In this document: in pieces, positions 28,096 to 37,099 of the stretch
Position numbering within the stretch: position 1 is the first letter of the stretch
How the letters are laid out: each line of letters begins with the position of its first letter
NCBI GenBank assembly: GCA_052035175.1
Contig: JBPOHV010000001.1
Location: 853,251-917,250 of the forward strand
DNA from: a candidate division WWE3 bacterium
GTDB lineage: Bacteria; Patescibacteriota; WWE3; UBA101185; UBA10185
Length of the DNA: 64,000 nucleotides
Direction: 5' to 3'
Made by a program: the position numbers and the translations under genes
Notes under the pieces: generated by a model
What the model was told of the DNA's origin: nothing
Database searches by the model: none
The model's input: only the letters and a program-made list of their open reading frames with translations

Positions 28096-28120
28096 ATTTT
28101 ACCAGTTTTACATATCATAA

Positions 28121-28363
28121 ATGCTCGCTGATATAATTCAATATATGTGCCGCAGCATCAAACCATTATTTAAAAAAGAACAACCAGCTACTGATGCAGA
28201 AATATATGAGGCTGCATTACAATATGTCAGAAAAATAGCCAATACACGAAAGCCTTCAAAAATAAATCAAGCTACATTTGATAAAGCTGTAAACGAAATA
28301 GCCAAGATTTCGAGAACACTTTTGAAAGATTTGATAGCAAACAATAAAATCATGAAGCAGTAA
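28121..28363 (+). CDS. Hypothetical small protein
   Basis: 80-aa helical ORF. No motif recognised. Confidence 0.3.
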   Translation: MLADIIQYMCRSIKPLFKKEQPATDAEIYEAALQYVRKIANTRKPSKINQATFDKAVNEIAKISRTLLKDLIANNKIMKQ

Positions 28364-28817
28364 TACTATTAAGTTTCTCTTCAATTGCTTTAATTTTTTC
28401 TGCTTTTCCTGATTTTTTATATACAAGCAATTCGGTTTGCAAATTTAAAGCGTTAACATTTATCGTTGGTATAACTACTGACCTATCTACACTTACCTCA
28501 CCAAAATAATAACTTTCACCATAAGTCATTGCATCAAAGAATTCAATTTCATAATCATCAATACGTATAAACAAATATGAAAATGGTAAAAAATCATCTC
28601 CGTTTTGATCTGAGCAATACTCTGTCACATTATTTTCAAAAACAGTTTTTAATGTTTGGACTGTTTCATAGTCTGTAGCTAAATCTATGTCTTTTTTTGG
28701 AGTAACATTTACACCTTGCAAATAAAGATTAACGCTACCAACCAAAAAGACTTTTTCTTTCAGTTCACTAGGAATTGAAGAGAATATTTTATTAATAGTT
28801 TCTTCTAAAGGTGTCAT
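28350..28817 (-). CDS. Minimal nucleotidyltransferase (MNT/ANT-like)
   Basis: 'VFLVGSVNLYLQG…DIDLATD' fits the GS…DxD nucleotidyltransferase signature. No HEPN partner nearby. Confidence 0.5.
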   Translation of the reverse strand: MTPLEETINKIFSSIPSELKEKVFLVGSVNLYLQGVNVTPKKDIDLATDYETVQTLKTVFENNVTEYCSDQNGDDFLPFSYLFIRIDDYEIEFFDAMTYGESYYFGEVSVDRSVVIPTINVNALNLQTELLVYKKSGKAEKIKAIEEKLNSITAS

Positions 28818-28873
28818 ACAAGTACTTTACTACAAATTTATACGCTACGCATAACTACAACATGGTCTGTTAA

Positions 28874-29362
28874 AATACATACATACCGACTAAAGTATAT
28901 TACTCATCACGTATAAAAGTCTTTTTATCAAGTGCATTCACTATAATTATTACCTTACTTGTATTTGTTACATCTAGAGAACCAATTACATCAGAAAGCA
29001 TTAAGCTAGGATTAATATTTGGTACCTTATTAGCAAGCCCCATTTTATTCGTTGGATTAGGCCAAGCAATAATTATTACAGATACAGAACTTGTATACAG
29101 TCCAAATCTTCTAAGTCTATTTGTAGCGCACTACCGAAAACAAATGCTATTAAGCGAGGTTAGTGAAATTAGACTAGGGTTGCCTCGCAACCCAACTATA
29201 CGAACCTTCTCAGCACTAAACATCTCGAGCGCAAATGAAGAAATATCATTTAACACAGATTTATTTGATAAAAATGTAATACAGAAATTTTTGAAAGACT
29301 TGCAAACTAATCATGAAACTATCCATATTAACAGTGCTGCAACAAGTAAGTATAAATTATGA
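28874..29362 (+). pseudogene. Membrane-protein ORF lacking a start codon (5'-truncated remnant?)
   Basis: The frame is open from 28874 to the stop at 29360-29362 and has two hydrophobic helices. There is no ATG/GTG/TTG before the ATG at 29144, which lies after the TM segments. Confidence 0.3.
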
Positions 29363-29513
29363 AATGCTGTTTAGTTCGAAGAACCAGTACAAGAAATAGC
29401 CAAAAGCTATAAACATTTAATAGAAGCTCCAACAGGATGTGCCCTATAGTTTACATTGCTGCTAAATAACCTTATAATGGCGGCATCCATTAAAGCCCAC
29501 CCAGGAGTAAAAA

Positions 29514-29771
29514 ATGATACAGATTAAAGTTACGATTCTCCAGATGCTGTATCTGGAGAATTTTTCCAGCTGTATGGCTGGAAGACACGGCGAAGAGCTA
29601 AAAGCTATCGCCGAAAAAATTGTCGCCCTAAAAAAGAGCGGCAAAAAAGTGGTCTATTACAACCCAGCTGCAGTCTGGTTTGGAATTATTGGCCCAATAG
29701 TCTTAGCACTTCTCCTTATATACTTTAAGGTGATTGTGCCCTATCTCAACCCTGGCATCTATTTTCCTTAA
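29514..29771 (+). CDS. Small membrane protein
   Basis: SD 'aggagtaaaaa' upstream of the ATG and a C-terminal TM helix 'VWFGIIGPIVLALLLIYF'. Confidence 0.35.
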   Translation: MIQIKVTILQMLYLENFSSCMAGRHGEELKAIAEKIVALKKSGKKVVYYNPAAVWFGIIGPIVLALLLIYFKVIVPYLNPGIYFP

Positions 29772-29938
29772 TAGGTGCCAGGCCTATCTTTACTCTCATA
29801 AAAAACAACAAAATCACTAGCAAACCCTTCAATCAGGCCCAGATCAGCTATTCTAGCTCTCACTATAGGTTGACCGAAACGACTTTTCGCGGTACAATTA
29901 CCCAGTCAATAAACCCAACAAGAAAAAGGAGAAACCCC

Positions 29939-30028
29939 ATGGCAAGAATCACTGATGCAATGATCACAAAGCTGGTCAAAAGCGGGGAGCTAGTACTCCC
30001 ACTGCCAAAACCAGCCCCTACCAAATAA
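29939..30028 (+). CDS. 29-codon small ORF (MARITDAMITKLVKSGELVLPLPKPAPTK) with a strong SD
   Basis: 'aaaaaggagaaacccc' precedes the ATG. Two GC-rich hairpins follow: gcgtctc…gagacgc and ggggattcc…ggaatcccc. Not in the ORF track because it is under 60 aa. Confidence 0.3.
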   Translation: MARITDAMITKLVKSGELVLPLPKPAPTK

Positions 30029-30159
30029 CAGCGTCTCTATTGAGACGCACAAACATTGGGGATTCCCGGCATTTGTCCTCAAAGATAACAGCCTGGAATC
30101 CCCTTAATCATTTCTACACATAATTAAGCTTTAACTCTCTATTTTGTTATAATATAAAA

Positions 30160-31128
30160 ATGCAAAAGATGAAAAATAAATCTTCTTTTCTCGCTGACAA
30201 GTCAGCTTCGAAAATAATCCCACATTTATGGTTTGATAAAGAAGCCAAAGAAGCAGCAGAGTTTTATACAACTGTGTTTGCAAATTCAAAAATTAATAAC
30301 GTAAATACAATTCACGACACACCATCTGGAGATTGCGATATTGTTAGCTTTGAAATAAGAGGAAAAGAATTTATGTCTATTAGCGCAGGACCACTTTTCA
30401 AATTTAATCCTTCTATTTCATTTATGATCAATTTTGATCCATCTCAAGAAGAAAACGCACGAGAAAATTTGGATGATGCATGGGAAAAACTTGTACAAGG
30501 GGGCAAAGTGCTAATGCCTTTGGATAAATATCCATTTAGCGAAAGATATGGTTGGGTACAAGATAAATTTGGACTTTCTTGGCAACTTATTTTGCAAAAA
30601 CCTCCTATTTTGACAAATCCAAATGGAGAAGAGCGACCACAAATAGTTCCATCATTTTTATTTGTAAAGGAATCTTATGGAAAAGCTGAGGAAGCAATTA
30701 ATTTTTATCTATCAATCTTCAAGCAATCAAACATTGGAAATCTTATAAAATACCAAGCAGGACAAGAACCAAATAAAGAAGGCACAGTAATGTTTGCAGA
30801 TTTTAAACTGCTAGATACATGGCTGGTAGCTATGGATGGCGCCGGCGAACATGATTTCGTTTTCAATGAAGCTATTTCATTTATAGTTAATTGCGATAAT
30901 CAAGAAGAAATTGATTATTATTGGGAAAAGCTTTCTTATGTCCCTGAATCTGAACAATGTGGATGGCTCAAAGATAAGTTTGGTGTATCATGGCAAATTG
31001 TTCCTGCGAATATGCAAGAACTGATGAATGCTGGTGATCCAGAAAAAACCGCGCGCGTAACACAAGCATTTTTACAAATGAAAAAGTTTGATATCGCTGC
31101 ACTCGAAAAAGCAGCAGAAAACAATTGA
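30160..31128 (+). CDS. Tandem PhnB-like (VOC fold) domain protein
   Basis: Two repeats of the PhnB pattern ('IIPHLWFDKEAKEAAEFY' and 'IVPSFLFVKESYGKAEEAINFY'), each ending in 'KDKFG(L/V)SWQ(L/I)'. Confidence 0.7.
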   Translation: MQKMKNKSSFLADKSASKIIPHLWFDKEAKEAAEFYTTVFANSKINNVNTIHDTPSGDCDIVSFEIRGKEFMSISAGPLFKFNPSISFMINFDPSQEENARENLDDAWEKLVQGGKVLMPLDKYPFSERYGWVQDKFGLSWQLILQKPPILTNPNGEERPQIVPSFLFVKESYGKAEEAINFYLSIFKQSNIGNLIKYQAGQEPNKEGTVMFADFKLLDTWLVAMDGAGEHDFVFNEAISFIVNCDNQEEIDYYWEKLSYVPESEQCGWLKDKFGVSWQIVPANMQELMNAGDPEKTARVTQAFLQMKKFDIAALEKAAENN

Positions 31129-31134
31129 CCACGC

Positions 31135-31761
31135 ATGAAGCTTTTCCTATGTTCACTAGGAATAAATAATAGAAACGCACTACAAACACTTTTCGAGAAG
31201 CCACTAACCGAAGTTAAGGTAGGTGTTATCAAAAATCCCATGGATCTCAAAGATGAAGAAAAAAGAACTTTTCTTTATGGTTTAGTAGATAAAGGCTTCT
31301 CAGATTTTGGCCTGAATAAAACTGATATAGACTTGCGAAAATTTGAAGGTAAAGCCGACGAGCTGCAACAAATTATTGATAAACTAGATATGCTTTGGAT
31401 CACTGGTGGAAATGTATTTTACGTAAGGTGGTTAATACACAAAATTAACTTTGAACAAATCTTAAAACAAGCAATAGAAAAAGGCTTAGTATATGGTGGC
31501 GATAGTGCAGGAGCAGTCATACTTGGACCTACTTTAAAATATTCTGACGCTATAGATGATGTATCTCAAGTTGAAAAGGTGATTTATGACGGACTTAACA
31601 TAATTGATTTTGTAGCTCTACCACATTGGGATAATGAAAAGTTTAAAGATAAGCTTACAGAAGTACACGACCACCTAGTAAACGACAGTATCAAAGTTAT
31701 AACTTTTGGCGACAAGCAAAGTATTGTAATAAATGGAAATCAAATGCACATTGTAGGATAA
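31135..31761 (+). CDS. Peptidase E-like (family S51, class-I glutamine-amidotransferase-like fold)
   Basis: 'TGGNVFYVRWL' (GGNTF-like) and nucleophile region 'GGDSAGAVILGP'. Confidence 0.65.
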   Translation: MKLFLCSLGINNRNALQTLFEKPLTEVKVGVIKNPMDLKDEEKRTFLYGLVDKGFSDFGLNKTDIDLRKFEGKADELQQIIDKLDMLWITGGNVFYVRWLIHKINFEQILKQAIEKGLVYGGDSAGAVILGPTLKYSDAIDDVSQVEKVIYDGLNIIDFVALPHWDNEKFKDKLTEVHDHLVNDSIKVITFGDKQSIVINGNQMHIVG

Positions 31762-31768
31762 TATAACT

Positions 31769-32281
31769 ATGCAATATACATATTCAACCGAAGTCGGACT
31801 TCTAGCAATTTGGGATTCGACTAGTTTTTTCAACATCGACACAATCGACAAATACAGAGCAATATTCACTAGTGATAAAGAAATGCTCGCGCTAATGAAT
31901 GCAGGCAAAGCTATTATCTGGAGCACAGGTGGCGATGGTGATTTTTTTATAGATATCAGAATTAATCCTGACCAAGAGCTTACGGAGGAAGAAAATGAAC
32001 TTGTTGAAATGAAAGCTTTGAATTTGAAATTGACTGTTACCAACTCAACAATATTTATAGGAACACCAGAAGCAGCGGGTGTCGAACCTCGCGGTCTCGA
32101 AGAAAAACTGCTAACAAAAATCGACGATCTTACAAACGGCAATTATTTGGTAAATATATATTTTCTTTATGAAGATACAGAAGATGTACAAAGTGATAGA
32201 ACTGGCTTGGTAGTTACAATGAAAAAAGTCGAAGATGATTATAATTTTCCGCTTGTAACAGATTTACCGGAATTGGGTTAA
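31769..32281 (+). CDS. Hypothetical protein
   Basis: 170-aa acidic ORF starting 8 nt after the S51 gene. No motif recognised. Confidence 0.4.
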   Translation: MQYTYSTEVGLLAIWDSTSFFNIDTIDKYRAIFTSDKEMLALMNAGKAIIWSTGGDGDFFIDIRINPDQELTEEENELVEMKALNLKLTVTNSTIFIGTPEAAGVEPRGLEEKLLTKIDDLTNGNYLVNIYFLYEDTEDVQSDRTGLVVTMKKVEDDYNFPLVTDLPELG

Positions 32282-33705
32282 TAAGAATACTTTGAGTTAT
32301 TTACCTTCAACCCAGAACAAGTATTACCATTTATAGACAAATCCTCTCCATCACAAATTGTTGGAGATTCTTGCATAGTCTTTCTATTGAAAGCTAATAC
32401 GTCATGATCATGGTAATAAACAATCCAATTATTATCACTACTCAAGAAAAAGTAGACATCATCTTCCAAAATAGAACTCGGTGAATTATCACCTGCACTA
32501 GCATTAGCCTTAGAAATTAAAACTTTTATTGCAGGATCTGTTAAAGATACCTCTGCTATTTCATAGCTAGTTGAGCCTAAAACGGTATTATTTCGTCTGA
32601 AAACAATTTTGTTATTAGAGTCTAACTGAGCGTCAGAAACAATCGGGAAGTCTGTAGAGTTGAGTGCAATAATATTCTTTCTAACATTTGTTTCTGGATC
32701 GAGTAAAAATAATTGCGTATCACCTTTTGGTGTCAACTCATCTAGTATAAATTCAAGTATTTCATCTTCTGACATACCTTGCTTTCTTTTTTCATCGAGT
32801 AAGTCTTCCATCTTTAGCATATTTTCATCTTCAGGGTTATACATAAAATTTGAAAGATCATAAGGTGAAGCTTGTGCGTCTAACATTACAAGTTGACCAT
32901 TCACTGCGCCAAGAATTTTTCCTAGAGTTGTTATCGTATAACTCTTGCCAGATATATTTACACTTTTATCATAAATTGCATTTATACCTGGTAATTTAGT
33001 TCCAAATAACAATTCTTTTGGCAATTGGCGAGTTTCATCAACCCCATTAATATTTATAACCTGGGAATTCAACAAATCTCCGTCGCCAATATCGTTGTAA
33101 TACACATAATCAGTGTTATTAAGCCACTTACTATTGAACATCATGCTCGAATAATTCAGTTTATAATCTTGTGCTGCTTCGCCTTCCAAATGTATAAGAG
33201 CTTTGAGTTCATTTAAACTTGGATTATATAAATAAAGTGTTTGCGTGCGCGAATCATCCATAGTGCTTTTTAAAATTGGTAAATAATTTGAATCTGGTGA
33301 CCAAGGGCCAAGCGTATATATTACATTTTCTTCGCTTAGTTCTTTTGGCAACGTCAAAAAGCTTTTGGCATCTGGGTTATAAATTCTAACACTAGATTTC
33401 TTCAAACCATCTTTTGACTCAACAAATGATATATAGTTAGAACTTTTTAAATATGTTTCAAAAGCACTTTCGGAGGTTGGTTCACTTCCTGGTGAGTATT
33501 TTAGATCGATTGTCTTTGGTCGTTTTATATAAAAGAAAAGAACTGCACTTACTAGCCCCAAAGCAAACAAAATTCCAAAGACATACACAGCAATACGGCG
33601 GTTTGGTTTAGCAGGAATTGGCAAAGGTATATCTGTTGGCGGTACTGGTGCTTCTGGTAGTGGTGCAATTAAATCTTCGGGCATAAAAATATGATACCAC
33701 CTCAT
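32278..33705 (-). CDS. Membrane-anchored extracellular protein (possible beta-propeller)
   Basis: Pro-rich N-terminus, a single TM helix 'IAVYVFGILFALGLVSAVLFF', then a large beta-rich ectodomain. Confidence 0.45.
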   Translation of the reverse strand: MRWYHIFMPEDLIAPLPEAPVPPTDIPLPIPAKPNRRIAVYVFGILFALGLVSAVLFFYIKRPKTIDLKYSPGSEPTSESAFETYLKSSNYISFVESKDGLKKSSVRIYNPDAKSFLTLPKELSEENVIYTLGPWSPDSNYLPILKSTMDDSRTQTLYLYNPSLNELKALIHLEGEAAQDYKLNYSSMMFNSKWLNNTDYVYYNDIGDGDLLNSQVININGVDETRQLPKELLFGTKLPGINAIYDKSVNISGKSYTITTLGKILGAVNGQLVMLDAQASPYDLSNFMYNPEDENMLKMEDLLDEKRKQGMSEDEILEFILDELTPKGDTQLFLLDPETNVRKNIIALNSTDFPIVSDAQLDSNNKIVFRRNNTVLGSTSYEIAEVSLTDPAIKVLISKANASAGDNSPSSILEDDVYFFLSSDNNWIVYYHDHDVLAFNRKTMQESPTICDGEDLSINGNTCSGLKVNNSKYSY

Positions 33706-33808
33706 ACTATAAGTTGCTCACAAGCCTTTCTCCCTGTACAATGCAAAACTAACAATCAAACGTCGTCAAAGCTGCAAGCTTAGGCGACTAAACAACAGGA
33801 GTCGAAAA

Positions 33809-34366
33809 ATGCCTACAGACTTAGCGCTAACAATGTTAGCACCGCACATGAGACCTGATGAGCAAATCATCATGATTGCAACCATGCACCATATACACGG
33901 TAGTTACCTAGATGAAATGGTAGCTATTGATGGAACTGAGCCAGATCAGCGTACTGCAGATGCATGGATCAACATCTTGCATGATTCAGCCGACTGGGAA
34001 TCAGTCAGAAGCATTGGCCTTGCCTACAGCGAAACGGGCATTATCGAAAATAAAGCCACTATCGTTGGGGTTCCACGCGTCATCACGGTCACAATGAGTC
34101 ATGGCGCGGTCGAATTCGTCGAGGAAAAACACAAACGCGCCATTGCCGGTGCTGGACAATGGGTCCAGATTTTTGGAAAGCTACAGTCTCAAGAAGAAAT
34201 TGTAGTCCCAGAAATCTTTTTCTGCATCCCGAAAGGGGTTGCAGAAGCCAAGCTCTACCAAGGATACCCCAACACATGTTGGGGGCTTATCAGCTGGTCA
34301 GCCGATCGTGGCTGGTATAGCGACAAATACCCGCCGGGAAATCAATTCCGGCCAACGAAAACATGA
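33809..34366 (+). CDS. Hypothetical protein encoded by a GC-enriched gene
   Basis: SD 'caggag'. GC is well above the neighbours. The structured terminator element starts at the stop codon. Confidence 0.5.
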   Translation: MPTDLALTMLAPHMRPDEQIIMIATMHHIHGSYLDEMVAIDGTEPDQRTADAWINILHDSADWESVRSIGLAYSETGIIENKATIVGVPRVITVTMSHGAVEFVEEKHKRAIAGAGQWVQIFGKLQSQEEIVVPEIFFCIPKGVAEAKLYQGYPNTCWGLISWSADRGWYSDKYPPGNQFRPTKT

Positions 34367-34418
34367 CCTGCCCAAAAGGGGCGCCTGGTGCGAAAGCACC
34401 TGGCGCCTAGGTCATTTT
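34365..34418. terminator. Bidirectional structured terminator element (gacctgcccAAAAgggg…cctaggtc-ATTTT)
   Basis: Second copy of the 23549-23608 architecture. Inner hairpin ggtgc-GAAA-gcacc flanked by ggcgcc repeats, and it overlaps both convergent stop codons. Confidence 0.45.
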
Positions 34419-34891
34419 AAACTTTTCTCAAATATCAAAGTCCTAGTTCCGACTTTTTCTTTTAACTCAAACCCTACACTCTTATATAAATTTATTGCAG
34501 CAGTTTGTGATTCTTTTACCCACAACTTTACGACTTTGATTTCTTTATTATTTTTTATTTCATCTAACAAAAAATCCAACAGCAATCTACCTATACCCAC
34601 ACCTCTAAAATCTTTCTTTACAAACGCACCATGCAATGTTGCAACATCAGTTGGTTCATCTTTTTCACCAATCGTTATATTCATCAAGCCAACTATGCTA
34701 TCTTCACTTTTTGCAAACGCATAAATATCTTGTGGGTTTTCTAGTTTTTGCTTCCAATAAATATCTGGGTATTTCATACACTCTTCGAATGTAGAGTTGA
34801 ACGCTTGTGGTTCTTCTTTCAAACATTCTAACCTAATATCTTTATATTGCTGCCAATCGTTAGGTGTTAACTTAATTATAGAAATATTCAC
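34412..34891 (-). CDS. GNAT-family N-acetyltransferase
   Basis: 'FVKKDFRGVGIGRLLLDFLLDEI' (motif A, Q/RxxGxG/A) and length about 159 aa. Confidence 0.8.
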   Translation of the reverse strand: MNISIIKLTPNDWQQYKDIRLECLKEEPQAFNSTFEECMKYPDIYWKQKLENPQDIYAFAKSEDSIVGLMNITIGEKDEPTDVATLHGAFVKKDFRGVGIGRLLLDFLLDEIKNNKEIKVVKLWVKESQTAAINLYKSVGFELKEKVGTRTLIFEKSLK

Positions 34892-34936
34892 AAGTTCATT
34901 ATAAAGCTCTTTAAGAATTGGTGCTAAAATACATAT

Positions 34937-35143
34937 ATGAATTGTTCAAAATGTAATACTCAAATGGAAGAAGGACAATTTGACAGAACACTCTGGATTA
35001 AAAAGCCAATTACAGCTTTACAAAGATTTATGATTGGTAAAGTAGTAGGTGCCGAATCACATTACACAGTAGCGTACAGATGTCCAAATTGTAAAAGGAT
35101 AGAACTGTACACAGAAGACATAAAACAATCTATCCAGAAATAA
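34937..35143 (+). CDS. Small zinc-ribbon protein
   Basis: 'CSKCNT…' and 'CPNCK' CxxC pairs spaced about 45 aa apart. Confidence 0.45.
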   Translation: MNCSKCNTQMEEGQFDRTLWIKKPITALQRFMIGKVVGAESHYTVAYRCPNCKRIELYTEDIKQSIQK

Positions 35144-35178
35144 TTCTTCCAAAACATTCACTGTGCTAACATTAAAGC

Positions 35179-36087
35179 ATGAAATATATACGTTTATTTC
35201 TGTGGTTAATCTTAGCTTGCTTCATCGGCTTGCTTGCATTGACAGCACCTGTGGCTAAGAAACTTGCGACTTGTCTTACAAGTTCAAACTCAGCGCTAAT
35301 GAGCACTATAAACCAATCCAAAGAACAAAAATGGAGTAAAGAACTAATTTGCAAAAACGGCAAACCGGCTTTGGACAATCTGCAAGCATGTTATACGCAT
35401 GTGGAACAAGAAAGTATACTTCCTGTCAAAATTATAATTGAGTTTGCAAAGGTACTACGCCCCAATACTAGCGGCGGAGATATAAATAGTTTTATAAACT
35501 TGCACAACGAAGCGTGCAAAGAATATCCAGAAACACAGATACCTACGCAACTTGCAACCGAAACAAAAAGTGAATCGTCTGAATGGAAGGTCTTTAACGG
35601 AAGTGATTTTGATCTGACTTTAAAGTATCCGAATGATTGGGAAGTAGCTACTGGATATGCACAAAATGGAACGTTTGATTTTGAATGCCAATACATAGAA
35701 TCTTTTTTGAAAAACTCAACAGATTGTACAGGAACACACAAATCACCAATGTTGCTTGTTAGGCCTCTCGATGGATACAAGAATTCATATATTTCTGAAG
35801 GTCTAATACTTTGGGGGCCAACATCTGGTCTTGGTGGTGGATGCCCAGAATGCACATTAGAAAATAAAGTTGTAAAAATAAATAACAAAGACTACACGAT
35901 ACCAGTGAAAATAGCACCAAAAGATAGCCAAAGAAGTATGTATAGTACTTTTCCAGATGGAGGAATTTTTGTTGATGAAACTGGAACAAAAAGCATATGG
36001 TCAAAATTTGATTTAGAACTAGACACAAACAATCTTGATACATACAACACAATTATCAAAATAGTTGAATCTATAAGACCAAATTGA
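35179..36087 (+). CDS. Secreted Cys-containing protein
   Basis: Signal peptide/TM 'LFLWLILACFIGLLAL' followed by a hydrophilic domain with several Cys. Confidence 0.45.
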   Translation: MKYIRLFLWLILACFIGLLALTAPVAKKLATCLTSSNSALMSTINQSKEQKWSKELICKNGKPALDNLQACYTHVEQESILPVKIIIEFAKVLRPNTSGGDINSFINLHNEACKEYPETQIPTQLATETKSESSEWKVFNGSDFDLTLKYPNDWEVATGYAQNGTFDFECQYIESFLKNSTDCTGTHKSPMLLVRPLDGYKNSYISEGLILWGPTSGLGGGCPECTLENKVVKINNKDYTIPVKIAPKDSQRSMYSTFPDGGIFVDETGTKSIWSKFDLELDTNNLDTYNTIIKIVESIRPN

Positions 36088-36107
36088 GAATAAAATAATT
36101 TTAATAT

Positions 36108-36503
36108 ATGGCTACCTACTTTAAACTAGATAAAAATGGAAACGTTCCTGACTTTAGTTTCAAAAATACTGAGTATTGGTTTGATCATGACATAAGACAT
36201 ATAAAAGATTCATTTAGATGGTGCATCAAAGCATCTATATTTATTTTTATAGCGAGTTCTGCCTTGATGATTATTTATGGAAATAACACAGGGTGGAATA
36301 TTATTAATATGTTAAAGTTCAACCTTGGTACTTTCATAGCTTTCTTTCTAACATTATTATTTCTAAGGATACTTTTGTATAAGGGTTATAGCGTAATGGG
36401 AGGTCTTGGTCTTGGGTATGCTAGCCAGTTAGATCAAAAAGGGCCGTTTGTGCCCAAAAATTTCGACGACAAAAAATTTGAGAATTTAAAAAAATTAAAA
36501 TAA
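36108..36503 (+). CDS. Small membrane protein
   Basis: Two hydrophobic helices. Confidence 0.4.
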   Translation: MATYFKLDKNGNVPDFSFKNTEYWFDHDIRHIKDSFRWCIKASIFIFIASSALMIIYGNNTGWNIINMLKFNLGTFIAFFLTLLFLRILLYKGYSVMGGLGLGYASQLDQKGPFVPKNFDDKKFENLKKLK

Positions 36504-36516
36504 TCTCATTGCAAAC

Positions 36517-37065
36517 TTAAAGTATTATTTCTACATCACTAGGTAGATTTTTTGTGATTATTTCCAGATCTTGAGTTGAGTAATTGTTGCCAGAAATATT
36601 GAGAACTTTTAGCTTCTTTAGATTTCCAAGTTCATAAGGCAAACCAGTAAGCTTGTTATTGGAAAGATCCAAAACTTCAAGATTTTGCAATTGACCTACT
36701 TCAGCAGGTACGCCAGTCAATGCATTATTAGAAGCATCGAGAATACGTAGATTTTGTAGATGGCGCATCTCACCTTGAAATGCACCGCCAATAGAATTGC
36801 CTGAAACATTTAGCTCTTCGAGGTTAGTTTGAGAAAAAACATAATTTGGAATAGATGTAAGATTTTTATTACTCAAGTCTAAAGAATTACTTTTTTTCAC
36901 TGGTGTATCGGTAAGCTTTTCTAACATAGGAATCTCTTGCGATTCCATTGTTGGAGCAACATTGAAAGTTTTTGTAAAGATTTGTTTATAAACAAACCCA
37001 GATAATATAAATACAAGAATTACAAGAATGAAAACATACTTCTTTTGCATAAATACAGTATACAC
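36517..37065 (-). CDS. Membrane-anchored leucine-rich-repeat protein
   Basis: N-terminal TM helix, then about six LRRs with the LxxLxxLxLSxNxLTxxP pattern (e.g. 'LQNLEVLDLSNNKLTGLP'). Confidence 0.75.
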   Translation of the reverse strand: MYTVFMQKKYVFILVILVFILSGFVYKQIFTKTFNVAPTMESQEIPMLEKLTDTPVKKSNSLDLSNKNLTSIPNYVFSQTNLEELNVSGNSIGGAFQGEMRHLQNLRILDASNNALTGVPAEVGQLQNLEVLDLSNNKLTGLPYELGNLKKLKVLNISGNNYSTQDLEIITKNLPSDVEIIL

Positions 37066-37099
37066 CTACAGAGAATATTAGTTTGACAGGATGCTCTTT

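Noticed and set aside
29144-29362. 72-aa ORF as an independent gene
   Set aside because: The same frame stays open 270 nt further upstream and encodes TM helices. It is treated as part of a start-less remnant (28874..29362), not as a stand-alone gene.
34089-34724. ORFs 34089..34277 (-) and 34239..34724 (+)
   Set aside because: One is antisense within the GC-rich gene 33809..34366. The other reads across the terminator element into the antisense of the GNAT gene. Both are chance frames.
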